A stretch of 63,972 nucleotides of DNA, filler included, from Choristocarpus tenellus KU-1152 (lineage: Eukaryota; Protista; Phaeophyceae), in NCBI GenBank assembly GCA_964200185.2. It is 9 parts of 9 records of this genome, joined end to end, with 100 filler letters (N's around TTAATTAATTAA, not from the genome) between each part and the next. Parts side by side here need not be neighbours in the genome. Positions count along the whole stretch, not along the records: positions 28,233 to 36,534 come from CAXNAD020004875.1; positions 36,635 to 41,293 come from CAXNAD020013584.1; positions 41,394 to 58,033 come from CAXNAD020000801.1; 6 more parts are not named here. The stretch is one strand, 5' to 3'. Shown here one piece after another: positions 28,548-41,453 of this stretch (within the stretch, counting starts at the first letter, position 1; each line of letters starts with the position of its first letter). Position numbers and translations under genes: made by a program. Below the pieces are notes generated by a model. The model was not told the DNA's origin, did not search any database, and saw only the letters and a list, made by a program, of their open reading frames with translations.

Positions 28548-30568
28548 CTTCACAGCATCAGTTCCAGCAGGCAAAGAGTCAACCGCAGACGAACCACAAC
28601 CACCCTGCGGGTTCGAGAACTGGGTACGGAGGTATCGCTGAAGTGTGGAGATGATGGACATCTGCCCCCACTCATCGACATCTGCGAGGAGGTGGCACAG
28701 CTTTCGGTACACTGGATGTAGAAGCTCAAATTTTTCGGGGCAGACCTGACAGGCGAGGAAAAGATAAAAAGTGTTGTGGAATTAATTACAAGGATGGCGT
28801 TTGATTGGAAGAAAGTCTCCACGAAAGGAGACGCTTGGAGACAAAAGTGGAACTGAACCCTACCCAGCGCTAGCGCGGTTGGTTACACTACGGGGATTGA
28901 GAGTGTAGTTCATGAAAAGGTGACGTGTGCAGTGGTGCAAAGCACCCCCCCCGTACACAGATACTCAAAACATTTGTCCACGTATGATACACGCCAAAAA
29001 AAAAGTAGAGGTTTTTTCTCGACTCCACAAATTACTGCAGGTGAAATAACCACTCAGACCCAACCACTCCCTTTACATGTTAAACCAGCGTCCGTGTACC
29101 TCCCCCTCAACACGATACTCTATCTAGGCAAGTTGAACAGTGTTCACAACAGAAATAAACTATATTTCAGCAGTAAGTTCTTGCCTCCGTGAAGGCCGCT
29201 ACTGCACTGCCCAGGACCATAGTGGAACCATCCTTAAGTAGTTTCTCCAACACCTGTAATCATGATACACCCCACTCAGAGTTAGGATAGTATGAACCAT
29301 ATACATATACAGGCAGGGATTGCAACACAGATATATTCTTCATTGTGCACCTAGCTCACACAACTGAGGAGTCTCATCTGGATCCATAGTGTAGATTTTA
29401 GGTATAGCGTTTGCTGCACACTTCCGGACATACTACATTCTTCATTGTCCACCTAGCTCACACAACTGAGGAGCCTCATCTGGATCCATAGTGTAGATTC
29501 TAGGTATAGTATTTGCTGCACACTTCCGGACATACTACATTCTTCATTATGGACCTACCTCGCACAACTGAGGAGCCTGATCTGGATCCAGAGTGTAGAT
29601 TTTAGGTATAGCGTTTGCTGCACACTTCCGGACGTATGGGGAGGTGTCCGACGCACAGTCACGTACTGCCAACTAGGGGTTCGGATAGCGGGTGAGATTT
29701 AGTTAGCTTTGGAGGCCCTTTACATGTAACAGGCTGGATTGTCAACGCGTGTCCGACAGCCAAACATGTCCAGTATGCCACTGGTCGAAGACCGTCGGAG
29801 CAATGGAACGAGGAAAAGGCATTGTGGGCAAAGTACTCTTCTGCTTAAAATCACGAACCCCCACTCACCAGCTGTATCTGAATTATTTCCGGGACACGAA
29901 TGCTGGTCATCACGCGCAAGGCTAGGGCCTTGATCAGCTGGATGGTCAAGAGAAGAAAGAACAGACCTCAGGACACTGACATATCGAGTACAACTTAAGG
30001 AAGAGGGACATTAATCTATATATTCATGGTACTTTATCAACTCGAGCGCAGCCAACTTCGTCGAGAACAGGGCAAAAAATAGGAACGGGGCTCCCCTAAC
30101 CGACGATAATTTGTCTCATGCATGTATGGGACAAACCTGATTGGTACCTCGTAGGTCGTTCTGGAAAGAGTTAATAGATAGTAGCGCCAGCTCTCGACAC
30201 TGCGCGTCAGAATCTGCGTAGTGCACAAGGTAGATGTAGACCATTTTCTTCACCTCCACCGACCGAACCGCCATATTTTTAACTACGTCGGAGAAGAACT
30301 CCTTCACATCTCGACCCTTGCTTACCATGGCAAGCAGCCACTTCATGCCCTTTAGCTTGTCTACCACCTACAATGCAAGAAACAATGGATATTTTGTAAT
30401 GACTTGAGGACGATTGCATCATTAGATTCCGAACAAGGTCAGTATTAGCTTCCAACTCCTCTCTTCTTTCACCTTGGGTCGACTAAGGTACTCCTTAACC
30501 TTTGCTGCATTCATTGATTCCTCAAAAAAGTGTGCTTCTCCTTGGAGGGCCGCCATCTTTTTACTCAT
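28548..30568 (-). CDS. AP3B: AP-3 adaptor complex subunit beta, 5' part; exons 30568-30473, 30367-30137, 29937-29869, 29672-29559, 29253-29185, 28745-28548
   Basis: [97 protein letters not shown]. The start codon is uncertain and the gene runs off the contig. Confidence 0.92.
29335..29633 (-). repeat. 102-bp tandem triplication of the AP3B exon-4 3' half plus donor region
   Basis: Units start at 29335, 29437 and 29539. The third overlaps the real exon. Confidence 0.9.
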
Positions 30569-33500
30569 ATCAGTAGCTTATCACTAGTCGACTACCCCCA
30601 CCCCCCCTCTCGCAAGATACACCACCACCACAACAGAACCAGTGCAAGTATTGAGGTGAACGACGCTGAAAGGATGATAGATAATTGGGAGTACAATATT
30701 CGAGTGTGGGCTTCTTTTCATGTTCGTATTTTTTGTAACTCATTTCGTGATGAAGGATATGCTTATCTTGGTGTGCTTTTTGTACTTGGTTCGAGTCCCT
30801 TCGGCAATACATTTCTTTTTACGAAAATCTTGTCTCGAGGATACTATATTCCACACAAGGACAACATATTGCGTACCTATACTATCCTGTCTGTGCTACA
30901 TCACAAAAAACCAGATCAAGGTGAAGGTGGAAAAACTTCGGGTCGTGTCCAGCAGAAGATTCAAGGGAGGACACCGTGCAACAACTAATGAGAGTGCTGA
31001 ACCCAACATGCAAGAAGCGAGGAAGGAATGGAGATAGTTCAATTAGTTGTAGAGCAATAGTTAGTGAATAGTATGAGAAGTAGTGCAGTGTGTGCTGCGT
31101 CAGATCACAAGTTCGTCAATATTTAGTATGAAAAGTAGGGCAGTGTGCAGTGAATCTGAACATGGGTTGGGATCATCCCAACAAGTCATTATAGCCCGAG
31201 AAACAACATAAATCATTATAACTTACGTTGTAATATACTACATAGCATTTGTTTGGGATTTTTCCTGGTATTGTAATGTTGTAAGGTTGTCGTTCGCTGT
31301 TCACTGTTTGATAGAACGATCCGATACAGATGAAATAAAATGGTGCATGATGATGATACTTGTGACTTGCCCACAAAAGGCAACCTACCCAACACAATCA
31401 CACGGAAGTCACATGCTTACTCTTGGGGTGTGTGTATTTGACATTAAAAAGATAACAGATTGTCGCACAGAAGTAGCATAGGTTGCTGCACAATGTGTTG
31501 CACTCAGCACCCACTCTCTCCCAATAAAATTGCATGTACTGTTGCAATCTCAGCGACTGTTCTGACCTCCTTTGCACCATGTGGTCCGTCTTGACCTTGT
31601 ACAACAGTTTCAATGAAATTGAGATTCTCAAATCATTTCGATCCAACTGTCCATAGAATATCTTCCTCAGTTGAACTAAAGTCAACCCTGGAAGTGCGCT
31701 GGCAGTAACTGTGGCAAAGGAAGAATTCTCGATACATGCTTACTGCAGGGTGGCACCTTCGCTTGTTGAGCTGAAACAGAAACATAAGTTTTGGTATCAA
31801 CCTGATATGGAATTAGAAAAATACGCCCTCAAACGTTGCAACTAGTTGATCAGTCGCGGGTTCGCGTGCTAGTAGGAAGAGTGTATCCCAATTATCATGT
31901 GCGTGTCCAACGCAAGTACTATTACTGTGAAGTCTAAGTTACCCTTCACACATAGTAGCTTAACTATATGCTACGTACTTGTATGGGTTGAGTGTGAGCA
32001 TATTTCTGTTTTGCTGCAAAAAGTAACCTGTCGTAGACGCAGCACTATCACCTTCCTATTGTTGGTTATGATGAGAGAGTATGCACACTCCAGTGATTCC
32101 CCATGTAGCAACGATATCTTTCTCCCTACTACTTCAAAAATAAACTATCGGTGTTACCTGCTTTCATTGCACGACTCTTTTCCATCTTGAGTGGAATGCG
32201 TATCTTCAGCATGCAGATCTGTTGTGAACACTTGCTAAGGATAGGCTACGCATGATGATTGTACATGGGCATGGTGCTTTAGGTCATATTAGTAGGAAGA
32301 GTCAAACGGGTTCAACGAGGAATAAATTCGTCAGAGCGTGATCAGTGCGCCGACCTGAAGAGTAGGATGTTCCCTGTACAAACCAAAATCTCTCGGTAAC
32401 TCAATTGTATCACAAACTTGCAGATTAACAGAGTGAAGGTTTCCACTGGGTAAGGAAGGTCAGTGCATGAAGAGTATCCCAGACTCACTAATTGTTCAGA
32501 AAATTACAATACACTGTAGAATGCGAAAGAGCATCTCACAATTTACAATGCATCAAGAGAGTTCTAGAACAACAGAAATACACATGGTGGACGTAGAGAC
32601 CCTCTATTGAGTTCAACCGAGCAGTGTATTGATGACTTTGGGAAACTATCACCACAATATAACTTTCTAAGAACATTTGCACATACCGAGGTTTGACAAG
32701 GGAATCCCAGTGATTCACTTGAGTGTGAGCTCAATATACAATCACAGTAATTAGTGTAGACAAACGAAACGTTGAAGCAGAAAGTAGAGGAAAAAATAAT
32801 ATGATAGAGAAGAGGTCATAGGACCAAGTGCCATATGTGAACGTGTATGACAGATCATTAAGATACAATCGAGGAGAGGGTAAGGGCGAGTGAAAAAAGA
32901 CGAAATATTGTTACTGGAGAATAGCGCGAGCATTTCTTTTTGCGTGCCAAAATGCGCGAACAATATACCTAAGTAAGAATTCATTAAAAAGGAACTTTGA
33001 ATTGATAGAAGATGCAGAGTAAGATTCGAAATGCCGACATAATCTTGCAGAATAGATGTCAATTCCTGAAAGTTGCAGAATAAAGACTTATGATTGGAGT
33101 ATTTATACGGCAGTTTGCAGACTTCATTTAACTCTTTGACTGTAGAAAAACGGTGAATGATGTTAATAAAAGGCTGAGCGTTGACCACAAACTCAGTCCT
33201 TGTGATTCTTACCCTCTTTTGATAAGCGAAAAGCGGGACATTGACTGAGCTAAGCATCAACTGACACCATATGTGTTCATCATCTGTGAACCCCCACGTA
33301 GTGTCGTTTTAAGGTCGTTGGATTTGAGTTACACATCCTGTGGAGGTGAGTTCTGGGGAACGCTGTAACAATACAATCAATGGTGAAGTGGGAGGTGGCA
33401 CTTTGTTTGGTAGAAAACGAAAAAAATACTATACTGCTGTGAAGCAGGTGGTGTAGCAGAACCTCGAATAGGATTGGCAATTGATACGGAAGATTTTCTT

Positions 33501-35725
33501 GGGGAGAGCTAGAATGGTGACTGTCTTCATTATCAGCATATATCTCTGTTCTAGCAAGGACTTTGTGAAAGTATCGTTGCTGGTGAAAGTAAGATAGTGT
33601 AGAGATGTGAAGCAGACCTCTTCAAACTAGATCATACACAGCAGTACCACAAGAGGGATGGTCGTAGAGCTTGCATCCCTCTCAGACCCACATGAGTCAT
33701 GGTGCAAGCGTTGATTGAGACCTTTTTTCGTATGCATCTATTAGTGGCAGAGATCTAGTTTCATGCTGCACAGGTTAGCCAGGCATTTACTGCTTGTGCT
33801 TGGACCTTACCCACTTTGGCTCACAGTCAAGGAAATAGGAATCAAACCGGGTAGTTTCCCCGAAACTCATAGTGATTTACACTAGTGGCTGGTCGCTTTT
33901 GATCACTCCCAGCCTACTCACCCCCCTGCCTCAGCCACGAAAATTCTGTGCTCCTATCCTTGAGGTCAGGAGTGCAAAGATCCCTACTGGTAATAATTCT
34001 CATAGTCCCAACATATGATCCCCTTCCATTCGTGCTTCCTGAGCCTTTCATGCCCTTGGAAAATAATAGAACCAACTAACTGACTTTGGCACACGAAGTA
34101 CTTGATTATAATTAGTGTATTCAACTTCGAGGGATGGATACAATTTACAATTGGTTGAGGGATACACAGGCTCTTCAACACTTACAATACAAGTAAAAAA
34201 TAGTACTCTGGAATATTGTTTGTACAGGAAATACAGTCTTGAGTCCAATCTAGAATCCTTTCAGTTGGGTACGACTGGGGCCAAGGATGACAAGTCTTTT
34301 TTTTGCTATCTGCAAATCTGCTACTCCTTCAGCCAGAGCAAGAGTTCATTCAGTGTGGAACCTGAATATCTCGTTCTTGAAAATCAAACTGTATAACCCA
34401 ACAAAAGGAGGGATGTGGTATAAAAAAGTAGATGTACCACCTCCCCCCCCCTTCTCAATCCTCCGAGTTGACCTGTACCACTTTTGTATGTAGCTGGGGG
34501 ATGTAAGTTCCAAAGCTATCATTCATAAAACGGACGTCTGAATGCTGAGGCAGAGAACGTGAATGTCGGTTGTGGAGTTTTTCTTAAAGTTTAAAAGCAT
34601 AACAATGTAAATATAAATTGTGCTTGTTGTAAAACATTGGACAGGACGGGCACATAGATCTTCCCATCATGCAAGTATCCAGGAAGTAAGCAATGCGTTG
34701 TTTCACACAACCAGGTGCCCAATCCGACTCTGGGGTATCGGGTATCACCATCAAGTGCAATCTTGATCACAAGGCTGATCTGGGCCCTAATTGGATCTCA
34801 GGGCTGGGATAGCTAGGTTCATGTGATAGGGCACATAGACAGTTCGGTGTCTACCATAGCCCAGAGGGGCCTAGTGTAGGCCATCCTAGTCATGGGATGG
34901 GCCCATGTGGAAATTGAAGATATTTTCTCACTTGTCAAAACATGTTAGAAGTTGTGTGGGCAGAGCATTCCCTCTTCATCAAAACTTCGCTTGGTTTCAT
35001 CTACAAATAAAATAAACTATGCTATTTTGACCAATGAATTAAGGCTATGTCTGTATCCTTACAAGCCACAGGGCCAGCCAGATCAGGATCCCACATCCAT
35101 GGCTACATTTGCCAGAGGTTTGAAATGCATAGGCGTGCTTCTCCTGCAAGAATTCCCTTGATTCTTGCATTAGGGCACAGAGATATTTTACCCCAGACAC
35201 CACCTGAAGTATTGATAAATCAAGGTGATGAGAGAGTAAGGTATCTTCAAGAAGGAGTCTCTTCTGCACAGTAGTGAGACCTCAACTGTTGTTCTAGAAT
35301 CCACCCAGGTTTCTACCTGCATTCCTGAGCTGAGCACCAAGGTACATGCCTGGTGTATAATGGAGAGCAAGGTCACCAAAGAGCTTAATGAAGATAATTT
35401 GTGCTAATAGACAACCATCCATCCACCAAAAAAGGCCCGCCACGAGCATAATTCATTACCAAATCGGGATCGCAAATCAATCCCTTCCACTCACGATCTG
35501 TAACTGCCAATATTCACACGCCACACTCAACATAATAAAAATCTGTCTTTTCATGACCCAGCCCTTTCTTCCACGGTCCACTTAAGGCTGACGCCAATCT
35601 CCAAAACAAAAAAAGAGTTCACGAGCACTTGCACAGTTTGTTTTTTTTCCAACAAGGATATTATGTTAAAGATGTAAGCATTTCAATTGCTCCTCCTGCT
35701 TAAAAAAAATAAATATATATATATA

Positions 35726-36473
35726 TTATTCTTTTTCGCCACCTTTTTTCGGTCGTAACCCCTCTCCCCCATTTATGACAGACCAATCAGGGATCAGCTC
35801 AGACCTCCTGGCCCGAGCTCTCGCCCTAGCCTCCTCCACATCCCAGGGATCGCCCTTGAAACATGACCGGCATATGATGTTCCCTGAAGACCCGCAGCAC
35901 TTACAGCTTACCACTCGCCCGTAGGTCTCATAGCTACCTTGTCCATCACAGTTATAGCACGGCTGCAGCTTCGTACCCTGACAAACAGCACACGTCACCT
36001 GGGTGGGGAAGTCAAGGCACGGCCGGCCCCTCAGGCGACCTTGCACATGTTGGCAAATATGTAACACACAGCAGCAGAAGGGACAAACCCTGTCGTCACA
36101 CACTAACTACTTCCACCTCTTCACTTCATCATCGCCTAGACGCCCTAGAGCAGCACTATGCAGATCGTACACAAATTGCTCGCAAACCGGTCAGTCATGC
36201 CCCGGGGTGTATGCCAAGGGGTGAAAATATATATATATCCCGAAACAGACTAGAAAATAGTACAAAATGTATGTATGTACGTATGTATGTAAGTACGTAT
36301 GTATACATGTATATATAAATACATAAATAAGAGTAACGAGGCTCACATCATCGTTTCCGTTCTTCACAAAGTTAAAAATGGCTCTTGCGGTCTCCTCCGG
36401 CTGTTCCAGATGAGGTACGTGTCCACATTCGTCAACCCAAACAAGCCTCGCATTCGGCATCTCGTCCTCGAAC
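35726..36473 (-). CDS. 3' end of an alpha/beta-hydrolase gene followed by a DnaJ-type cysteine-rich zinc finger exon; exons 36473-36347, 35998-35726
   Basis: FEDEMPNARLVWVDECGHVPHLEQPEETARAIFNFV (catalytic His motif), donor GAT|GTGAG phase 0, acceptor CCCACCCAG|GTG. Then CAVCQGTK, CYNCDGQG, CKCCGSSG, CRSCFKGD. Confidence 0.75.
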
Positions 36474-36534
36474 CTAGAACGAAAAAAAAAACAGGCACCA
36501 TTTTTTTTTTTTTTAACAAAAGGATTGGCGTGTT

Positions 36535-36634
36535 NNNNNNNNNNNNNNNNNNNNNNNNNNNNNNNNNNNNNNNNNNNNTTAATTAATTAANNNNNNNNNN
36601 NNNNNNNNNNNNNNNNNNNNNNNNNNNNNNNNNN
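36535..36634. other. Artificial contig linker
   Basis: N44-TTAATTAATTAA-N44. Confidence 0.98.
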
Positions 36635-36860
36635 GGGTGTATTGTCGCACCTGGCCTCCGGCCCTGGGGCAGGTACGGGCATGGCTGATGTCGACGTTTT
36701 GCCTCCTGCACCCAATCACTGGGCACGTGTTGGACAGGGCCTCCTCCCTCACTAGGGATCTGCTGACGGTGACCTTGAATTCTGTAGGGGGTATCTGGCA
36801 TGCTGGGTTTAGGGGTTGCGTTGAGGCTCCACACTGTCTCCGGAGACGTGATCTCATGTT
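36635..36860 (-). mobile_element. Fragment of an RLE-type (CRE-like) non-LTR retrotransposon, C-terminal zinc-knuckle region
   Basis: IPPTEFKVTVSRSL..EE..CPVIGC....DISHARTCPRAGGQ resembles the EF..RxLG..C..C..HA..C..GG segment downstream of RT in RLE elements. Confidence 0.55.
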
Positions 36861-37564
36861 GAGCCCTCCTTGTGATCCTGGTGTCATGACCTCCCAGGAT
36901 ATTATTATCATCTTCAACATTTTGATGTGTCAGAGCAAAACCAACGAAAAGTCAATTCAACATCATAAAACTCCTATGAATATCAAAATGTGAAGTCTAA
37001 CCTCTGAGACAAAATATGTATAGAAATAGTTACATATATTCGATGACCTCTCAAGAGTAAAAAACGACACCTTGAAAATGTCTGTGGCGACAAAATATAC
37101 TCCCTAACACCTCTTAAAAAAGATATTGCAAAAATACAATACTACTACTGTTGTTCTTCGAAGTATAATAAAGGAAGACAGAATGAGGAAAATTGCACCT
37201 TTAAAAACCTCAAAACTGTCATCCCCCTACTAATCATAGATGACATCAAGGCGGTTGAACAATTAATTGTCATCAAGATCGAGAACATAAACCTCAATCA
37301 GCGGGCTAATTGTACAAAATACGAACAGAAACCAATAATGAGACAACATGCTGTAAGAATGTTCCATTATTGTTCTCTATAACAACGGTCGTCCTCTCTT
37401 TCAAAACATCATATTTTTGTGTTGCGGTTTTATATAAATATTGAATTTGTGGATTTTACGGTATGGTAATGCTATATAGTGTTGATGGTATAATGAAAAG
37501 TGTATGTAATACCTAGTCGGTATATATCACATGGAGGTGTGAGAGGAAAAACTGATGATGAATG

Positions 37565-38207
37565 CCAGGGAGATGGGCAAGAGGGAGTCTATCAGATTCT
37601 TCGGATGCTTCCCTAGCTCCTCAACCTGTGGTCTAGGGCTCGGGTAGGTTGGAGGCATAGCAGGGCAGTGGTTTAGTTTAAGCTGGTAGTCAATATTAAG
37701 TATATTATAGAGAGATATCTTTCGCATTTACAACAACTGTTACTTCTACAGGTGTCCTTATGATATTGAATTGGCTTTTCTCGTGACACATCTACAAAAT
37801 GAAAGAGGGCATAAACAATATATATTCACTATGAGGACTCTTTTAACCCTCTTAGTTATAACCTCAAACACCTTCAGGGTGGAAAGTTTTAGGCCTCGGT
37901 AAACAAGCGGAATGTTTTCTGGATGGATTAGCAGGCCACACACAGTAGGGGAGAGAGGGACAGGAGGCTACAGCAGAAAAAAGGGTTGTTCAAATCCCGT
38001 CTACGACGGATAGTCTCTGTCACAACGCAAGTAGCCCTGTTACAGGCGAATAGCAGCAGCCCTATCTAGACTTATCTTGCGCTTTAAGCTGGAGACACCA
38101 GGGAGATGGGCAAGAAGGGGTTTGTTAGATTCGTGGGATACTTCCCTAGCCCCTCACCCTGGGTCGCAAGACTAAGCTAGGTTAAGAGGCACGGGAAGGG
38201 AATGGTA
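37565..38207. repeat. Pair of ~110-bp diverged direct repeats (37565-37670 and 38098-38207), probably retroelement debris
   Basis: CCAGGGAGATGGGCAAGA...AGATTC..GGAT.CTTCCCTAGC.CCTCA.CCTG...AGGTT.GAGGCA occurs in both copies. Confidence 0.6.
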
Positions 38208-38988
38208 TACCACAGTTGGTAGTAAAATAGTAAATTGATTTATGTCTTTCACGTTTATGACAACGATACTTTTTTAGGGTTTTTTCTGACTTGTGGATAG
38301 TTTTCATTGGTTTTTCTCCTAACACATCTCTCTGAAAAATGTGAAAGGTCATAATAATATATATATATACTGTGATTGTGCGTTTTTTTTCGGCACATCG
38401 AGGGAGTTTCGGGATTTGCTTGCCGAAATAGGTCCTACCTATTAATTTCAGCGCGGAAATATGTCCGAAATGACACCTTGACGTAGCATATTTCAATTGT
38501 TTTTCCGTTTGCAATAAAATATAGATACATATTCCGACTACAAAAAAAACAATTTGTGGAAGAATCTAACGTTCAGATACATTGGCTTCCATGTGTCAAG
38601 ATGGGGGTGATATATTGGGTTCTAATTTTCAAGACCAATGCGTAAGAAGTTTCTGGGAGGCGGAGTTTCAAATAAATTCTGAAATTTGGGTATCAATCTT
38701 CCTACTTCCTTGGATCAATATCTGGAGACCTGCGGGTGCAAATTAGCGTTGCCATTTTCGAATTTGAGAGATTACAAACACACCATCTCACACTTATCTA
38801 GCAAGGTACGACAGTCACAAATTATCTTTTGTTAGGAGACGCCATAGGGACATAGGGACTGTCTTCACAACTTAATCATCATGAACAGGACTGAGGGCAG
38901 TCACTGTTAGCTGAATTGTTTAAGATTCTGTACAACATACAAGCTTCCACTACCAAGTACTGTGCAAAGTGTGTAGATCAGCACAGTC

Positions 38989-39771
38989 ATGTGGGTTGGC
39001 CGTGGATCCGGTAGAAGCACTACCTCTACAGGAGGGAGTGGGGGGGCGAGGCATCCTGGTGTCCACCCCAACGTCGAGGTTGCCGAGAGATTTGTGCCCC
39101 CTCGAGATTATCGTCTCAGACCCAGTGGGACATCACTACCACCTCCAAGGGGAAGGCTGGCTCATGGTGCATCCAGTCCACCTGGCATGGTCTCGGTTCC
39201 ACCTCACAAGGCACCACATCGCGAAAAGAAGAAGGCATCTTCCCAGCCTGGACTTCGCAGTACCTGCAATTCATGTGCAAGGTAAGTTATGCAATGTGAC
39301 ATCCAGTGGGCGTACGTCGTTGTTGACAACCGTCAAGGCAAGAATAGTCTAATCAACGAAAATGTTTCAGCATGCTCTCTGAGTACAATATCGCTTCTTA
39401 CAAAGTGAATCCCTCCTTTTCTGGCTTTGGTTTACCACAGGTTCAAGAAGGGATGCAATGGGGAGAACCCTTGCGCGAGGTGTGTTCGGATTGGTGTGCC
39501 TTGCGTGTACGAGGTACGCAAGAGGACAGGACCAAAACCCCGAGGGGCAAGTAGTGCATCTGCTTCCCAACCCGAAAGGAAGAGCTCGAAGTTACCCCAC
39601 GGGTCCACCGCCTACGCCGCTGGAATGAAAGGGAGTGCACCAGATGCCAGAGATCGAGCTGGGGTAGCACCTCCTGCAGCTAGGGGAGGTTCAGCCAGAG
39701 GGTCTTCTTCCTCGGTGAGAGCACGGGTGGATCGTAACCCCCTGCCAATCACCAAGTTCCTGAGAAAGTGA
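38989..39771 (+). CDS. Zn(II)2Cys6 binuclear-cluster transcription factor, partial; exons ~38989-39281 and 39441-~39771
   Basis: A phase-2 intron (AG|GTAAGT ... CACAG|G) rebuilds [44 protein letters not shown], i.e. C-x2-C-x6-C-x5-C-x2-C-x6-C. Start and end are uncertain. Confidence 0.85.
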
Positions 39772-41277
39772 TTTGCAGGACAGAGTGCGATAGTTTTGGT
39801 GATCTTGCCTTGCTGCAGTGATATAAGACTTCTTGCCTCACTGCTACGGAATCAGGTTCTCTTTGTCTTCGGCACATGTGCACTACACCACATCATAATG
39901 TGGAGGCCAAACATAGGGCACGAATGAAATGGGTAACATGCTTCAACCCGTTGTGTTTAGTGGGAGATTGGTTAGCAATTTTTTGTAGCGATATGTTCAG
40001 ATATGTTCCTCGCTATCTATACACATATCATGTAGTTCTTCTCTAGAGCAGAAGTCAGAATGCCATGCTTTTTGTCTTTTGCCCTTCTTCATACTCATGC
40101 TCTGTGTCACCATATATGATTTGCGCGAAAGAGGGAATGGGCAGTGTTACTAGATATACTAATATCATACAGACTTCCATTTTGAATATCTACTTGCGAT
40201 GTATAGTTGGGGTCGACCGAGAGATAGTGATGATTTGTCGCTTTTGAGTTTTTTAGGATGTACAGGAGTAGAACAGCGTTCATCGTCCATGCTACTTGGG
40301 TCTTAGATTTTAACATATTTTGTTGTAGAGATTTTAGCAGCGGTGTTATTTTTGTGCAGAGAAATAGTGGCAGTAGCTCCTAGGGTTAGCACCAACGGTT
40401 CCACGTAGTACCACTGATAGAGGGTTGGGTGAGTGTGTGGAGTGGTACATGGTTATCGACCATTTCCTCCTCAGCTGAAGTGAAGGTGTAAGGGGTTAGA
40501 ACGGAGTATTGAAATATGGTAGGTTTAGTGCGTAGTAGAACATATTTACACGGATCATCTATTATTACACATAGCAAGATGCACCAGTTGGCACTACTTA
40601 GTTTTTCAATAGGGGCACGAGCATACTATAACAACAGTAGTTTTTCACTGTTAGTGTTACACGTAGTATAATGTATAATATCCGTGCTTTTTTTGTACAT
40701 GACGTGCTAAGATAGTTAAGTCACACTATTTGTAGCTACGAATCGAAGTACTACTACTTTGTAAACATTAAAAATCAACAAGGATAAAACACACAATCAA
40801 TCTCTGCTCTTTCATCTCAATAGCACAGGCTTAGTCACACCTCGAGAATGCCAGGCTTCTTTACCAGGGATCTTCCTTTGTTTCTTGCCTGGAATTGTGT
40901 ATCCCCATATAGTTTGACTTGCTCCTACTATCCACAATGATCATTCCACTACCTTTTGTTTTGTATACTAACAGTACAATGTGTATATCATTTCAGACTG
41001 ACCAGGCGAACTGCCTTTTTGGGGACTTCTTTTGGGCATCTGCCTTGCTTATTGATCTAATCACACGTGGTGGAGTCACATGCCACTAAACAGGCTTCTA
41101 TTGAGTAGTGAACATTGGATAACATCAGCAGAGGCATACTTTGGCAGTAAATCCTCTTTTTTTGCGTCCCAAAGTGATGAGACCATGTTTTTTAGGCATT
41201 CAATCTTCCTGGGCCTATTTAACAGTCAGTCCAGGTGCAATATCCGGCATCATTACAAGCAAAGATTCGTCACCCCT

Positions 41278-41293
41278 GGGTCAAAGTATTTGG
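41278..41293 (+). mobile_element. MITE terminus truncated by contig end
   Basis: GGGTCAAAGTATTTGG. Confidence 0.6.
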
Positions 41294-41393
41294 NNNNNNN
41301 NNNNNNNNNNNNNNNNNNNNNNNNNNNNNNNNNNNNNTTAATTAATTAANNNNNNNNNNNNNNNNNNNNNNNNNNNNNNNNNNNNNNNNNNNN
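41294..41393. other. Artificial contig linker
   Basis: N44-TTAATTAATTAA-N44. Confidence 0.98.
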
Positions 41394-41453
41394 AAAAAAG
41401 GGGTAAAAAAAGCCCCCCACACCCCCCCCCCCCCCCCCCAGATACTTTGACCC
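41394..41453 (+). mobile_element. MITE subfamily C right terminus
   Basis: AAAAAAGGGGTAAAAAA..polyC-AGATACTTTGACCC, as at 12955-13008. Confidence 0.7.

Noticed and set aside
32751-33260. 169-aa minus-strand ORF
   Set aside because: It has no motif or splice context and a non-ATG start, so it is likely a chance ORF.
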